64,000 nucleotides of DNA, from NCBI GenBank assembly GCA_021613535.1, contig CP075492.1, forward strand, positions 6,758,001 to 6,822,000, given 5' to 3'. Shown piece by piece: positions 1 through 15,379 of the stretch; positions within the stretch are counted from its first letter, which is position 1; each line of letters starts with the position of its first letter. The position numbers and the translations under genes are program-made. The DNA is from Adineta vaga. Taxonomy: Eukaryota > Animalia > Rotifera. The notes below the pieces were generated by a model. It searched no databases. It was not told where the DNA came from and worked only from the letters and a program-made list of their open reading frames with translations.

Positions 1-3000
1 AACGATGTGGAATGCAACGTTCATCATTTCTAAATAATGATATGCCAATTCATAAATGTATTAATGAACATAAATTTCTTTTCATAATGTCTTCAACATT
101 CTTTTATTTTTCGTTAGCTATTCCTATGGAAAAATTAGATTTTATTGAATCAAATCAAGTAAAACTTCTCTGTTATCATACTCCACGTCGATTTTGTGTA
201 TATCTTCGACAAAAAATCGATATACATGCAAAGGTACATTCTTTAAAACATTTAACTATAAATCCAATTACTAATTTGATAAGTTTTAGTTTCAAATCGA
301 ATTGCAACGTACAATGCAAAGCTATCAATCAATATCATCACCAACATCGAATTATGAACGTTATCAAGCAATTGCTGCTCAAGATAATCATGCTGTATGG
401 CATCGAGCTATTATATTAGGTAAAGATTTGTAATTTAATTCGAATCATTTCAATGGAACTTATTATTTGATTTTAATTACAAAGATATTCATTTAAATTC
501 AACGAAAGTTCGTGTTTATTTTGTTGATTTTGGAGAAGAAGAAAATATTTCCATGACAAACATTCGTCCATTACCACAAGAATTTGCTCGACAACCAGCA
601 TTTGCTATTCCATGTCGTTTATATGATACATGTCCACTATATGGAAATGAACAATCAATTTGGAATTCAGATGATCCAGTACATGAAGAATTTAGTCGAC
701 ATATGACTAATATGGTTCATTGTAAAGTTTGTGAAGTTGTTGATCATACTTGTTATGATGTACAAATCGATGTTCCTGGTAAGTATCAAATGTTTCGATT
801 ATTATCAATTTAAATGAAATAAATGATAATAAGATCATCGACTTATGAGAATTTGATCATCATTTATTCTTTTATATTATGAATCATATAGACTCGCAAG
901 TTGATCGTCCCCTTTGAAAGAGTTTTAAATGAAGATAAATTCGATTATCAGCGTCATCTATTATGATAATCGAAATTTATCTCCCTGATTTGTTTATATT
1001 AAATTCTGGGTAAAAATGTCGTTATGCGAACAATTTTTCGTTTTCTTTTCTTCTTTTGAATCCAATATTGTATCTCTTTCTTGCTAGGAGGAAAAAAATA
1101 CGTACATTATTTTCTCCATGTGCGATCTCGATAAGAATTTAACTAAGAGAGATATAAACTTATCGATAAGTATAAAGATATTTTTCATTTCAGACGTGGG
1201 AGATTTGGGAATATTTCTTTGGAATAAAAAACTTGTCTCTCGTATAACAATGCAAACATCTCAAACAAATATGTATAATACAAATCCCTCACCACAACAG
1301 CAATCGTTTGGACGAATACCGCCAGGCTATTCAGGTTTACCGCCTCCGATACAGCAATTACAATCACAACGATTAACACCGCAAAATGACTATTACAATA
1401 GTTCGAATAATCCAACTCAACAAGTACAAACACATTCCATACAAAAACCGATTGTTCAACAATCTTCAAGTGCATCGTAAGTTATATGAAGAAATAAGAT
1501 TTCTACTAAAGTCTATGTGAAATTCGTTTAGAACATTTATTGATTCATCATCGGATACTCGTTCTCTTCCATTGCGTATGTTATCTACAAGAAAAGTTTT
1601 ATTTTATCGTGTCAAATTGATTTCTGTGTTTCTTTTTAGAAGATGGACATTATATCATAACACAAGTTTATAGTGCTGTTGAATTCTATGGTTGTTCACA
1701 TGGACGTGAAAAAGAATTGAACGCATTACAGAATCATTTTGAAGAGATGTTTAATAGTAGCAATGTTAATGATCAATCGTTAAGTGTTCATCTATTAATG
1801 GAAGGTACATTATGTGTAATTCAACAAGGAGATAAATATCATCGTGTTGTAATAAAGTAAATGAATGCGTTACAAAGGCAAAATGAAAATCATCGAAATG
1901 TTTTCTATTTTTTAGACATCGTGAAAGTGAATCACGTGTATCAGTTAAACTTATCGATCGTGGTGATGAACTTATTGTTGATACATCAGAATTATTACAA
2001 TTAGAAAAGAATTGTGCAACTATTCCAGTATTTGCACAACCATTTCGTTTATTTAATTACGATGAATCCGTAAGTAAGATTAATTCACGTGAGATTAATA
2101 ACGAAAACTCTCCTTTTAGAATAGTTCTGCTCAAATAACACGAAACTTAAAACGATTGATTCTTAAGCAACGTGTTCAAATTACTCAGCGTGCACAACCA
2201 ATCAATGGATTTTATCCCGTTGAAGTTCGATTATCGGATGGTAGATTAGTAAATCAAATTCCTCTGGCAAACAATAATATTGTATACATGACTTCTTTTT
2301 TCTTCTTCTTGTCTCATTAAAATTTTTCATTTTATTCAGATTCTACCACAGACTCAACCCGTAGAGAAAGTTGAAAAAGAAATCAATCTATCACGGACAA
2401 ATGATGATTTACCAGCACCACAAAAATTATTAACAGTTGCGCCCATTGGACGTTCTCAACCAGGTCGATTTACACCAAATCAACCGACAATCAACGATCC
2501 AACATCACGTTTCCCACGACCACAAAATCAAGATGAACTATCATCCAGACCAATCAATGGAAATCAACAAACAAAAATGGAAACAAATCGTCCTATTAGT
2601 ATTGAAGATCGAAAGATTTAAAAACAAATAGAATTTCGATCATATTCTTTTGAAAATTTAGATCGAGGTTTTGATAATGATGAGCAAAGAAATGGAAACA
2701 ATCGTGGAGGTAAATTTTCATAGAATTATTTTTGTATTCGAATAAACATCGTTTTCAAATAGATCGAAATGATTTTTCTGATCGTTATTTTAATCGTAAT
2801 AAAGATGAACATGAGATTGAAAATATCGGACAACGACCACCTGGCTTTGGCAGTAAGTTGTCTGTTTCAAAACTGATGTCAAACTAACAATGAACTCATA
2901 TTCTTTTTCCATCAAAGATCGTGGTGGTGGTAGTAATAATGTTGGATTTGCTGATCGAGGAAGTAAGTGATAATTATAGAAAATGAACAAAATTATTGGC

Positions 3001-6000
3001 TTTTTTTTTGTTGTTATTCATTTGAATAGATCGTAGTGGTTTTAATGATCGTCAAAATTTTGAAAATAGAAATGAAAATCATGGACAACGATCAGGAGGA
3101 TTTAATAGTAGAGGACTTTCTTCAAATAAACTTTGAATCTATTATTTGTATATTTGTTCTAGGTCGTGGTGGTTTCGGTGAACGAGGAAGTGAGTATTCA
3201 TCATTTCTATTACATGTATTCTTTATGGATAAAATTAATGGTTATAGCTCGTGGTGGAGGTTTTCAAGATCGTAATAATGACAACCGAAATAATTACAAT
3301 GAAAATTCGAATGACAATAATAATAATAATAATCAACGATCGTACGGATTTGCTAGTTAGTAATTTGTCACTAAAGCACTTTGTCTTGTCGAATAAGAAA
3401 ATGAACTTTTAGGTCGTGGTGGATTCAATGGTGAACGAGGAAATCGCACAGGTGGGTTTCAAAATTCTCGTGAAAGACGAGATGATCGTGGCGGTTTTCG
3501 AGGAGGTATTTATCTATCAAAAAAGACAACATCGAAGATTAGACTTTTATTTTTCTAGGACGTGGCAATCGAAGTGGTCGCGGTGCACGTTCAGGTGGTT
3601 TTAATGATCAAAATGATGATGATTTTCGACCGAACACTGAAAATAACGAACCCGTCAAAGCATTCAGTGGTTGGTCAAGTCTTCGTTCGGCTTTGAAATC
3701 CTTTGAAGCTGGTGATCATTTTACAGAAAAAGAAGTTCCAAAAGATACGTTTCAATTCGTTCTCAGTCATATTGAAACGCTCACTGATTTTTTCATTCAA
3801 TTATTTTCTAAATGTGAAGAATTATCTCAATTAACCGAACAATTACAAGCTGAATATAAAGATGCACCAGAATTAACATTTAGTTCAATTAAAACCAATC
3901 AAGTTTGTTTAGCAAAAAGTTCAGATTTATGTTGGTATCGTGCAAGTGTTCTATCAGTGAATTCCGCTCATATTCAAGTTCGATTTATTGATTTCGGTGA
4001 TACAATGAATGTTGATGCACAAAGTATTCGACAATTAGCAAGTAAATTTTGCCTTAAACCACCTTATGCGTATCGTTGTACAATACGAAATATTGAAGGT
4101 AAATATTGATTTGATCAATGATTTTCATTTTTATGTGATTTAATTTTCCTCAGGTATAGAAAATCTTAGTAAAGATAAAATTATTCTAAAATGTACTGAT
4201 AAACGATTTTCCGGCAAATTTGAAAAACAACTGGTAGATGAAAAATATCTTCTTCAATCCGATGATTTCGAAAAAACAATTTTCGAGAATAAACTTCCAA
4301 AATCTTCCGTAGAGAAACGAATACAATGTCCAATTTCTCATATTGATGAAGATAATCATCAATTTTATATACAAATAGATGATGCAATCATGGATCAGAT
4401 CTGTGATCAAGTAACAGCAGCTAATGAATCCGTTGGAGATAATATTGAAATTAATTCGATGGTTATTGCAACATATATAGAAGCACCTTATCGTGCTATA
4501 ATTCAAGAAGATCTCGGTGATAATGTCAAAGTACTTTTTATTGATTATGGTAACGCAGAAATTTGTCCGAAAAATTCATTAAAAAAATGTCATGAACAAT
4601 TGAAATCTTATGCACCTCAAGCAAAACGATGTGAATTATCTGATATACCAGAAAATGAATTAGGTCAAGCACTTACTCAATTAAAAGAATATATTGAATC
4701 CGAAAAAACAGAAATAAGTTGTGATAATCAAAATGTTGAACCATGGCATGTACGAGTTTATATTGATGGTGAATGTTTTAATCAGAAATTTCCTAGTCAA
4801 TCAGTTGTCGTGGAAAAAAATGATACAAGTTTTGATATGGACGATCAATCGAGTACAACAACAACAACAACAGTTCAAGAACAAGAACGACCAACAGGTA
4901 CAACATGGAAAAGAAATAATGAAGAAATTTTATCACCCGGCACTGATTCATCTCGAACATCGATGGCTCATAAACGACAAAAAAGTGAATCTGAAAATGA
5001 AAGTAAGATAATATGCAATTTAATGACTAGAAATTTCTATTCTTTTATTTCAGTTAATTTCAAGAAATATAACTTAGGTATTCTGACACATTCCGATGAA
5101 GATAAACCGATTGTTTACATGCAATTATTACCTGAATCGACTGCTATTCTCGATCGAATTAATGATTTAATTAAAACAGTTATTGAAGAAAATCAACATA
5201 ATTCTTCCTATGAAATTGGCGATTATTGTATCGCTCAATACTCTGCCGATGAGGAATATTATCGCGCACGAATTGAATCCTATTCATCAGATAAACAAAA
5301 TTATACCGTTTACTTTCTTGATTATGGAAATCTCGATAAAAATGTTCCATTAGATCATTTATTTATCTGTACAAATGAATTGAAAGAAATTGAATGTTTA
5401 GCTCAAAAATATACATTAGAAAATCAAACAACTCAAACTTGGACAGATCTTGTTCGTCCATGTCTTGAATCGAAGATAAATGATGAATTTGAATACTATT
5501 TTACTGATCAAATTAAATCAATAATTCATATCAAATTTGATAATGACAAACAAATGTATGTTCAAGCCAAAACATTCACAGCGAATATTTCCGGAATAAA
5601 TAAAGATTGTTTTTATATTCATATTTTACCGGATGTTGAAGCATCAATTTGTGAAATGGATGAAGAATTACACAATGCTTCAAAAGTACATCTAACAACT
5701 GATTCATGGCAAATCAATGATCGATGTATTGTATTAAATAATGAAAATGAACAACATTTTCGTGGAAAAATTCTTGCTATTAACAATGATAAATACGATG
5801 TACAATGTATTGATTTTGGAAATATTCTCTTCGATAGATCTAAAGATGATTTATTTGTTTTAAATAACGAAGAATTCTTTCAACAAGCTCCACTAGCACA
5901 TCAATGTCGTCTATATGGTGTTAATGAAGAGAATCAAGTGAAAGCAATCGAAGAAATTATTAAAAATATTAGTGCAACTGAACGTGTGACAATAACAACT

Positions 6001-6602
6001 AATAATGATCAAAATGATCCATGTATGTATGTAATGTTATTTCGAGAAGATCATGAAATTGTTAATGATCGTTATCAATCGAATAATGATAATCAGGTAA
6101 ATTATTTTAAGTTCTATCTTCATCAGTATAGACAACTGTCTATCATATCTATCGTAAACAGTTGAGTGTTTATAGGAACGAGTGATTTGATCGTTCGAGT
6201 GAAATTGTATCTGTTCTTCTTCAGTTTGATAGAAAAGGTCAACTTTGTTTTCTAACCATTGGCAAAAAAGACAATTTTTTAAGATAACAAATCATGCTTG
6301 AATTTCATTTTCATTTTTAGCAACAAACGGAAGTTGAAAAGAAAACAATTGTTTTACCAAATGCGTCAGACTCAGCTATTGCTGCTGACGTTGATACATC
6401 CGCTAATGAAACATTACTTACATCAACAGATCAACATTTAACATCTCCAATTGGTGCACCTCAAGCTGACAGTACACATCAGTATGGTGATACGACTGAT
6501 GTTATTGTTGGTAATAGACAATCAATTGATTTCGGTGAAAATGATCCATCAACAAGTAATACTACAATCAAAGATGACGGTGATGGTGATAATGACAATT
6601 AA
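1..6602 (+). CDS. Multi-Tudor-domain protein (TDRD-like), many exons, 5' end outside the window; about 6 extended Tudor domains plus a central RGG/FG low-complexity block
   Basis: Repeated Tudor motifs in the exons (VYFVDFGEEE, WYRASV..VRFIDFGD, YRAII..VLFIDYGNAE, YYRARI..VYFLDYGN, HFRGKI..VQCIDFGN). GT-AG introns join the ORF pieces. The last exon 6321-6602 ends in TAA at 6600-6602. Confidence 0.88.
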
Positions 6603-7442
6603 TTTCGTTCGAACAAAATGATCGTTTTCAGTTTGTTTTTTTTCTAAACATGTTGAAGTTTTTGTTTTCGTCTTCCGTTTTTGAATGTGAGATGTTCGTT
6701 CTCTTTTCTGTTGTTGTTGTTTTTCTTTCTTTTGTAGGTATGTTTGTTTTCAAAAATAGAAGAAAAAAAAACATAGGCAAAACGATTCGAAAAATTTTCA
6801 TTAAATCGCGGTCTAATTATTGGACGATGTTTTGAAGTAAGAAAATTTATTTCTATGGTTTAATATGTGGAACGAATGTTCATTTAACACATATCTTATT
6901 GAATGAACTTCTTCAAAGTGAAGTACATCTATTCAATTGTGTATGTGAGTTGATCAAGAATGGTCATGCATTGAACGCATGATTTTTATGATTCATATAT
7001 GAACTCTCGACTCGATCACGACATCTATTTATACATCGCTTTAATCTCGTTCGTGTCTGTCTTATTTAGTTGCTAAGCAATGACGCTGCCTCATACGATA
7101 GAGATTGTTCTCCGTCCGATGTTCGTTCTCTTCGTCCGAATGACTAATCATGGTGTTCGTCCTGTCTTGTGTATGTCTAGCAGTCTTTACTCGCTGCTAC
7201 TGCCGATGTAAGCGCGTCCGAGAGACGAGAGAGAGAAAGAGAAGCAAATAAATAGTTTTAGTCCATTTTTATGCTCACATACGCGCATCCTTATTCTAAG
7301 TCTGACATAGTCTGAGAATGGGCAAACAGACGACGATCTTTTGCTCAATTGTATCAAACCACTCCTGCATTGTTTTGTTTTAGATCGATCATTTTCTTTT
7401 AAACAAACTTTCATTTCATCAAGCCAAATCTAATCATTAATC

Positions 7443-8434
<992 letters not shown>

Positions 8435-9160
8435 TTGTTTCGTATATTACATTACTTCCCATTTTTCTTTTTTTTTCTGTCTGTGTACAACACACACACA
8501 CGCATACAACCGGTCACCAACCAAATTGACAAAACATCATACAAAAAAGAAACACATTTTTTCTTTCTTTCTCTCTCTTTCTTTCTTTTTCTTAATACTT
8601 CTATCCATTGCGCTTCTTTATATTTTTATTCGTTCGTCGATGTCAACTTTCTTCGGTTTTTTTTCTTTATCTTTTTTCTTCTCTCTCTCTCTTTCTTGCT
8701 GTGTGTGGTGGTTGTAATCACTCTCTCATTAGCTGTTTGTTCATTTTCTTCTTCAACTGTTCGTCTTATTCATTTGTCTATTCATGTGTCGTCGGCATTG
8801 TATGTCTTGTGAAGAAAACGAAGAAAAAAAAACTTGCATACATTTAACAAAAAAAACCATATACACACACAATAAACTTTTTTTCTTTCAATTCATATGA
8901 AGATTCATCACGAGAGAAGTCAAGGATTACAATATGATTAACTTAAGCCATTGTTAATTTCATAAACATCTTAGAGATCTTGAAAGGATTGTTGGGATTT
9001 GATAGGTTTTGTTTTGAATACATTCATTGATAGGAAGGAAAAGATCCATCATTTTCTCATCTCGTATAAATCAAGAAGATCTGACAAGTTTATCTGAAAA
9101 AACAATCTTTGCATATTTATTTTCGGAATCAAAGAAAAGAAAACAATCAAAATAGAAATA

Positions 9161-12100
9161 TCACGCTAAAGATGTCGTTTGTCGATCAATAGTAATTGGT
9201 TTTTTCCAATTTTGATAACTAAAATAGTGAAATAGAGATCTTAGGATGTTTTTTTTTGTATTAAGACTTACAAATGTTCATTGGCATTTCGCATGTGTAC
9301 TGGTATGGAATAAGGTGTTTGTTGAATTGCTGTCATCAGATGATGTTTATGTATAACTATCGATTGTTTTGATTGATATTCATCAAATGCAGCTAACTGA
9401 GCATTATAAATCAATGCTTTGATATCAGCACCAGTATACATTTCACAATGTGATAAGACAGTTTCATCATCAAAGCGGATATCATCGGATAGATGAATTT
9501 TTCTTGTCCAAATTCTTAATATTGATACGATATCAGTTTTACTTGGGAAACCCACGTAGAGATGTTTATCTAAACGTCCGGGACGTAATAAGGCTGGATC
9601 AATTAAATCCGGACGAGATGTCGCAGCAATAACAACGATATCTATGAAAATGCCTCGTGAAATTCAAATGAAATTTTCTCGAAAAGAAAACTAAAATGTT
9701 TACCACCGAGACTTTCAACACCATCTAATTCTGTTAATAATTGATTGACAACTCGATCAGTAACACCGGCAGAGTCACGACCACGTCTAAAATGATACAG
9801 AACAAATATGAATTTGTATTCACTCTTGGGAATTTTACCGTGGTACAAGAGCTTCAAATTCATCGAATAAAATTATGCAAGGAGTAACAGAACGTGCTCG
9901 ATTGAACAAATCCCGAATGTTTTGTTCGCTTGAACCGACATATTTATTTAATAATTCTGGACCCTAGAAAGAGAAAACAATGTATGTTATTTTAAATCAA
10001 TCTTATAGAAAACAGACGTACTTTGACTTGTAAGAAATTGCTTTTACATTCATTGGCTAATGTTTGAGCAAGAAGAGTTTTTCCACAACCTGATGGACCA
10101 TATAAAAGAACACCAGAGACTAATCGAATGGGTGCATTAGAAAAGTAGTTGGAATGCTAGACATGAATTTAATGAAATGATTGATGAGATGAGAAAAGAT
10201 CTTTTACTTCAAAACGCCATTGCACTGTTTGAATGAGTTCTTGTTTAATTTCATCCATTCCACCAATGTCAGACCAATGTAATGTCATTTGACTAGTTTT
10301 CTTTCGATCATCATCAAGTAATTTAACACTAATAGGTTTGAATTCATCAAATGCATAATCAAAATCCGTATTAGTTAATTGTCGATTCTCTAAAACAAAA
10401 TTATTTATTCATCCAACAGAGATATTCTCACTAAATCTTGAAAGATATATCGAATTACATGATTCTCTCCTTATTAAATGAACACTCATACTGAGTTACT
10501 CTAACTCTCCTGGAATAAATAGATCTGCTTACCAATCATCAAACGATGCAATTTTCTCTATGAATAAGTTGTATCATCACTGAACATTTATCGTATTCTG
10601 ATAGACAACGAGAAATATCAAATATCTTACCAAAACTCATCCATAAATGTAATAATGCATTATCAATCAATGTATATAAATCTTTAATAACAAATGATTC
10701 GGTTCGATTGACAATATAATGTAAAAGTGTATCTGATATCGTTTGCTTCTTATTTTCGATTAATTGTTTAATAATCGATGTTCGTTGTATCTAAAGTAAT
10801 TGAAAAGAAAATAGAAAAATTCAAAGAATGAAAACTATTTACTATATTTAATGGTTCAATTGTTAATATCTGTGAAGAAAACAACGGTGTTTCTTCAGTA
10901 AATTGTCGATGAATATTAGTCAGTTGTTTAGCGATAGGAATAATAATAAATTGTTTGTGAATTTGTTGTGTACGATCAAATAATTCTCTTACAGCTATAA
11001 TATGTATATTCAATCAATTTACTAATGAAATGATAAGTAACTTACATAGTGATAATTTCTGCGTAGCTAAGATAATATTAGCATCAGTAATAGTTGTTTC
11101 ATTTGGAAATAGATCATCAAAATGGTCAAGAATTAATATCGATGGTTGACGAAATATCATTTCATCAATTGTTTGAGAAAGTGAAGTAATGATATTATCT
11201 AATTTTCTTCCTAATAGAGAAAATAAATGAATAAAAAAACATAACTTCGAATCATTGGAATTCTTTTCATTACCTTTAAAGCTAAGACAATCGACAAGTT
11301 TATAATATATTAAATGTCTTTTCCATAATCGTTGACAACATTCTCCAACAATACTCTTCTTACCACTACCATTTCGACCTGTAATAATTACATTTTTTAA
11401 GAAATAATCATTCTGTATAGCAAGTTTTATATCAAGTCGTAATTGCAATTCAAGAATTTGTAAAAGACGATCAAGATTACTCTGTAAAGCTCTATAAAAT
11501 ATATCAATTAATTTTCAATGAATTGCTCTAATAAAATCTTACATAGATTGCTCGTCTTGCCTGTTGAAACTTTCGATCACTGACATCGAACGAAATGTTT
11601 CAATTTCACTAAAATTCCAATCTTTTTTCTCTTCAATTCCAATGACATGTTGTCCCATTAGTTCTTCATTCAATTCTATATAGATTGGATTGTCATTTGT
11701 AATGGGTTCATCTTCTGAACTTAAATGAATATTATAAATAACTAAAAACAAATAAAGAAAGTTCTCAGTTTGAGACGAAACAATTAAGAAATAAGAACCA
11801 ACTATTTTCAAGTTTAATAAAACAACCATCAGTTAGTAAAATCGGTTGATCATTATGTATACATTGTCGAATCCAATTATGAAAATAATGTTGTAGTAAA
11901 AGTGCTGGTCCATACCATTGATTTGAAATCAATTCAATTCTTGTATGATTTCTTGGTCTTCGTGTTGTATTGCAAACAATTATTTTATCCGTTGGACGAA
12001 TACAATTCCATGAAGCAAATAATGGATTTAATTTGATATGGTTTCGACGACAAATTGTATCATTAGTCAGTTGAATAAGAAGAAAATAAACTTTTGATAC

Positions 12101-13297
12101 ATGTTCAGGTATCGAATCAGTTGTTGATTTGATCTAAATGCTAGATTTTAGTTGAAAAGAATTGAAAGAGAATGATCTTACTTCTTTGCTTGATCGATGA
12201 ACGGTTACTTTTGCAACAAAAATATCTGGCCAAATGGTATCATTATCAATATGATTCGATGACCAATCGGATCGATTAATACGTGCAATTGTTGGATTGA
12301 TCGTTGTTGTTTCATCGATTTCTACTCGATAGATTCGTCGATGACGACCAGGTACTAAATTAAGTTTAGATTTTGATTGTGAATCAACATTTTTCTTTTC
12401 TGAATCATTGAATATTATCATTGGAGAATTAGGTAAAGATGTATAAACTAATTTGCCAAGGGATCGAACTAGAATTTTTAATGATATAGATGATTCATTT
12501 TGTATATTCGAAGGAAGAGATAGTGTTTGTTCAGATTGAACAGATGATTGTTGTTGTTCACGAAATTCAGGTATTACTGTTACACGTGTTGAAGCATTTA
12601 TCACTGAAAATGCGACATTATCACTAGGTTCAATTTGTGCTAAAATAACTATGTTGTAAAATATGAGAAAATATGATCGATAACGTACCAACTCGAAGAA
12701 GAATGCATAAGCCCGAAATCCAAATTGGAAAAATCATATGTAAAGAAAGAATTCGAATTTGATTAAGAAACACTTCTTCTGTTATTTCCGTATTGTTTTG
12801 CTGAAAACAAAAGTGTTGATTGAAAAGAAGCCATTATCCAAAATACATGTAGCCTAACTCTTATCTCACTCACCAAAATCTCCCAATCATCCACTGAAAC
12901 AGGTGAAAATATTACACTTCGACATTCAATCGATTCAACTTGTTCATCGATTTCATACTATAAAAATACATGATAATAAAAATGAACTCGTTCATTTCTC
13001 TTCACTCACAAATCGATCTTGTTGAATATTAATTTTCATTGCAAAGAATCCGTTGATTGAAAATTGTCCTTCTTTCAATGTATAATCAGCAACAGTTGAT
13101 AGATATAAGTTTTGACTGTTTTCCAAACTTAATTTCACTATGGAAACCTAAACAAGGATATTTCTTTGAAAATGATAATATTCGTTTACTTTAAAATCTA
13201 GTGCATTGCGGATGTTATTATTGAATGTTAACGGATTAACACCAAGAAAACAATTTCGATTTTTTGAGTGAACACATCGTAGAATATGCGGTGGCAT
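9161..13297 (-). CDS. PEX1: Peroxisome biogenesis AAA+ ATPase PEX1, many exons
   Basis: N-terminus [20 protein letters not shown], then [10 protein letters not shown]. Degenerate D1 Walker A (GRNGSGKKS) and intact D2 ([12 protein letters not shown]; [34 protein letters not shown]; [17 protein letters not shown]; [15 protein letters not shown]). C-terminus RQTTSLA*. Confidence 0.9.
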
Positions 13298-14819
13298 ATC
13301 TATAAAATCAATTCATCATATGATTGAAAGAGAAAAGTGGTCGTTATAGTAAATTGATTAGATAATGAATGAGAAGTCTCAACTCAATTCGTAGTACCTG
13401 TTTCTTTCTTCATCTTCAATCGAAATACTTCGAAATCTGATGATTGGGTTGGTTTTAAAGCAATGCGAAGATGTCTAAAGCGTACGTGGAGGGCGCTAGT
13501 GCTCGATAGATAAAAATCAGTTGTTTTAGTTCTTCAGCAGATTTTGTAAGATTTCGAAAAAATTTCAAGGATTCCCTACGCCCACATTTTCTGTCTATTA
13601 CATATACATATTTTCCTTGATGTTCAAAAACATAAATCTTCATTAGTAAAGCCCAAAACTTACTGTGATCAAAATGGGTTTTCGAAAATATGTAGTTAGA
13701 CGTAGAAATAGAGTTCCATTCATTTACTCATATTCACTCTTCATGATTTTAGTCAACAATAGTTAATCGAAACTTCATCACTTGAACTAATGATCATTTG
13801 ATAGTTCAATTTATCTCATCATAATTTTAATCTACCATCAATTTTCGACAACAATACTTCTTACATTGTGAAGTAATTCGTTAAATCATCTTGAAAAACA
13901 GTAAAAAATTTTCTTAATCGATCAACTCGCATCAAATGGAAAAAGTCATTGAAAAGAAGCTTCAATTGTATTGACAACTGCATATCAGCTAAATGCGACA
14001 GCTATTAGTAATCAAATCATGGTGTTGAATAAAAGACATCTCAAAAACTTTGACATCTTAGATATATTTTGTACATTGCAACATCTATTTCAGCTTCACG
14101 GCGTTTTCTTGAGACTTAACGTGAAACGTTGTCAACATGATTGGTATTTATATACTAATGCTTTCAGAGATTGTCAGTCAATTCAAATTGATCAGACAAC
14201 ACTTCATTAAAATCAACAGAGCTTTCAATGAAAACAACGGAAAATATTTCAAAGATTCCATGATCAATTTATCACATATATATATATATATATATGTGTG
14301 TGGATAAGTTTCCTTGAATTAGATAAGACACATTTTGCATCTCTCTTGATAGATTCTTGTATAGTATTCGTCTGCGCCATGAGAAATCCATCACTTCCAT
14401 CTTCTATATCACAGTACGAGCACATTTGTTTTTACTCGTTTTTATCTCTCTTCTTCTTTATGACTTCGCCGCTTGCCCGAGAAGCAATTTGTTATGAAGG
14501 CAATAGTAATGGTAGAATCAATAGACATAGAATGGGGGGGTATGCATCCGTCTGCTTGCATATAACCATCCAATGCACACAGCGACTAATCTATCAATCG
14601 GTCTATGTGTGTGCCTGTGTGTGTGTAGTATGTACGTTGAAGGAGAAGGAGAAGGGAAACGAGAAAGCGAAATCGCTCGTGCACACCACATATACATGCA
14701 CTATTTGAAACAACGACATAGACAAGCATTTGCCCGTCGACGGGAATAAGCAAGCGAAGAAAGGAAGACGTCGCATTACAACGGCTGCCCTATGCTTTGT
14801 CTATAGAGCAAATGCGTTC

Positions 14820-14915
14820 GTTCATATAGAAAAAGAAAGGGAGAGAGAGAGAGAGAGCGAAGAATAATGATAGAGACAGAGAAAGAGAGAGAGAAAATGA
14901 GAGAGGGAAAGAGCA
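14820..14915 (+). promoter_or_regulatory. GA-rich (GAGA-like) tract upstream of the HMG gene, probable promoter region
   Basis: (GA)n runs lie about 200-300 bp upstream of the HMG ATG and upstream of a probable 5' UTR intron (gtaagc about 15060 to caatag about 15113). Confidence 0.35.
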
Positions 14916-15124
14916 AGCAACGTAAAAGCGCTTGCTTCACTCACTGTACAACACACGTACGCAGACACATCGTCGTTTTTTACATCGGAGCTAGCGCCTC
15001 GCTATATTATCTTTAATTCGACTTCTGTCGCCCTCTTTTCTTTCACCCGCCAAAGTCAAGTAAGCAAAACGTCTTCTAACTATACATCTTTTCCATATCT
15101 ATATTATCAATAGATCAATTCAAT

Positions 15125-15379
15125 ATGCCACGCGTTTCAAAACAAAAAGATCCTAATGCACCAAAACGTCCATTATCAGCGTTCTTCATTTTTTCACAGG
15201 ATGAACGACCAAAAATCAAATTAACAAATGCAAGTTTATCTGTTGCTGATGTTGCTAAAGTTATCGGAGAAAGATGGCGTGCTGCACCTGATGATTTAAA
15301 ACGTAAATACGAAAAGGCAGCCAAAGAAGCTAAAGAACGTTATGAAATTGAATTACAAGCCTACAAAAAAACACATTAA
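15125..15379 (+). CDS. Single HMG-box protein (HMGB/NHP6/HMG-D-like), 84 aa
   Basis: KDPNAPKRPLSAFFIFSQDERPKIK..VAKVIGERW..KRKYEKAAKEAKERYE is a canonical HMG box. Confidence 0.95.
   Translation: MPRVSKQKDPNAPKRPLSAFFIFSQDERPKIKLTNASLSVADVAKVIGERWRAAPDDLKRKYEKAAKEAKERYEIELQAYKKTH

Noticed and set aside
14298-14708. 136-aa ORF between PEX1 and HMG
   Set aside because: Starts at GTG in a TA/TG microsatellite and is low-complexity promoter-like sequence.
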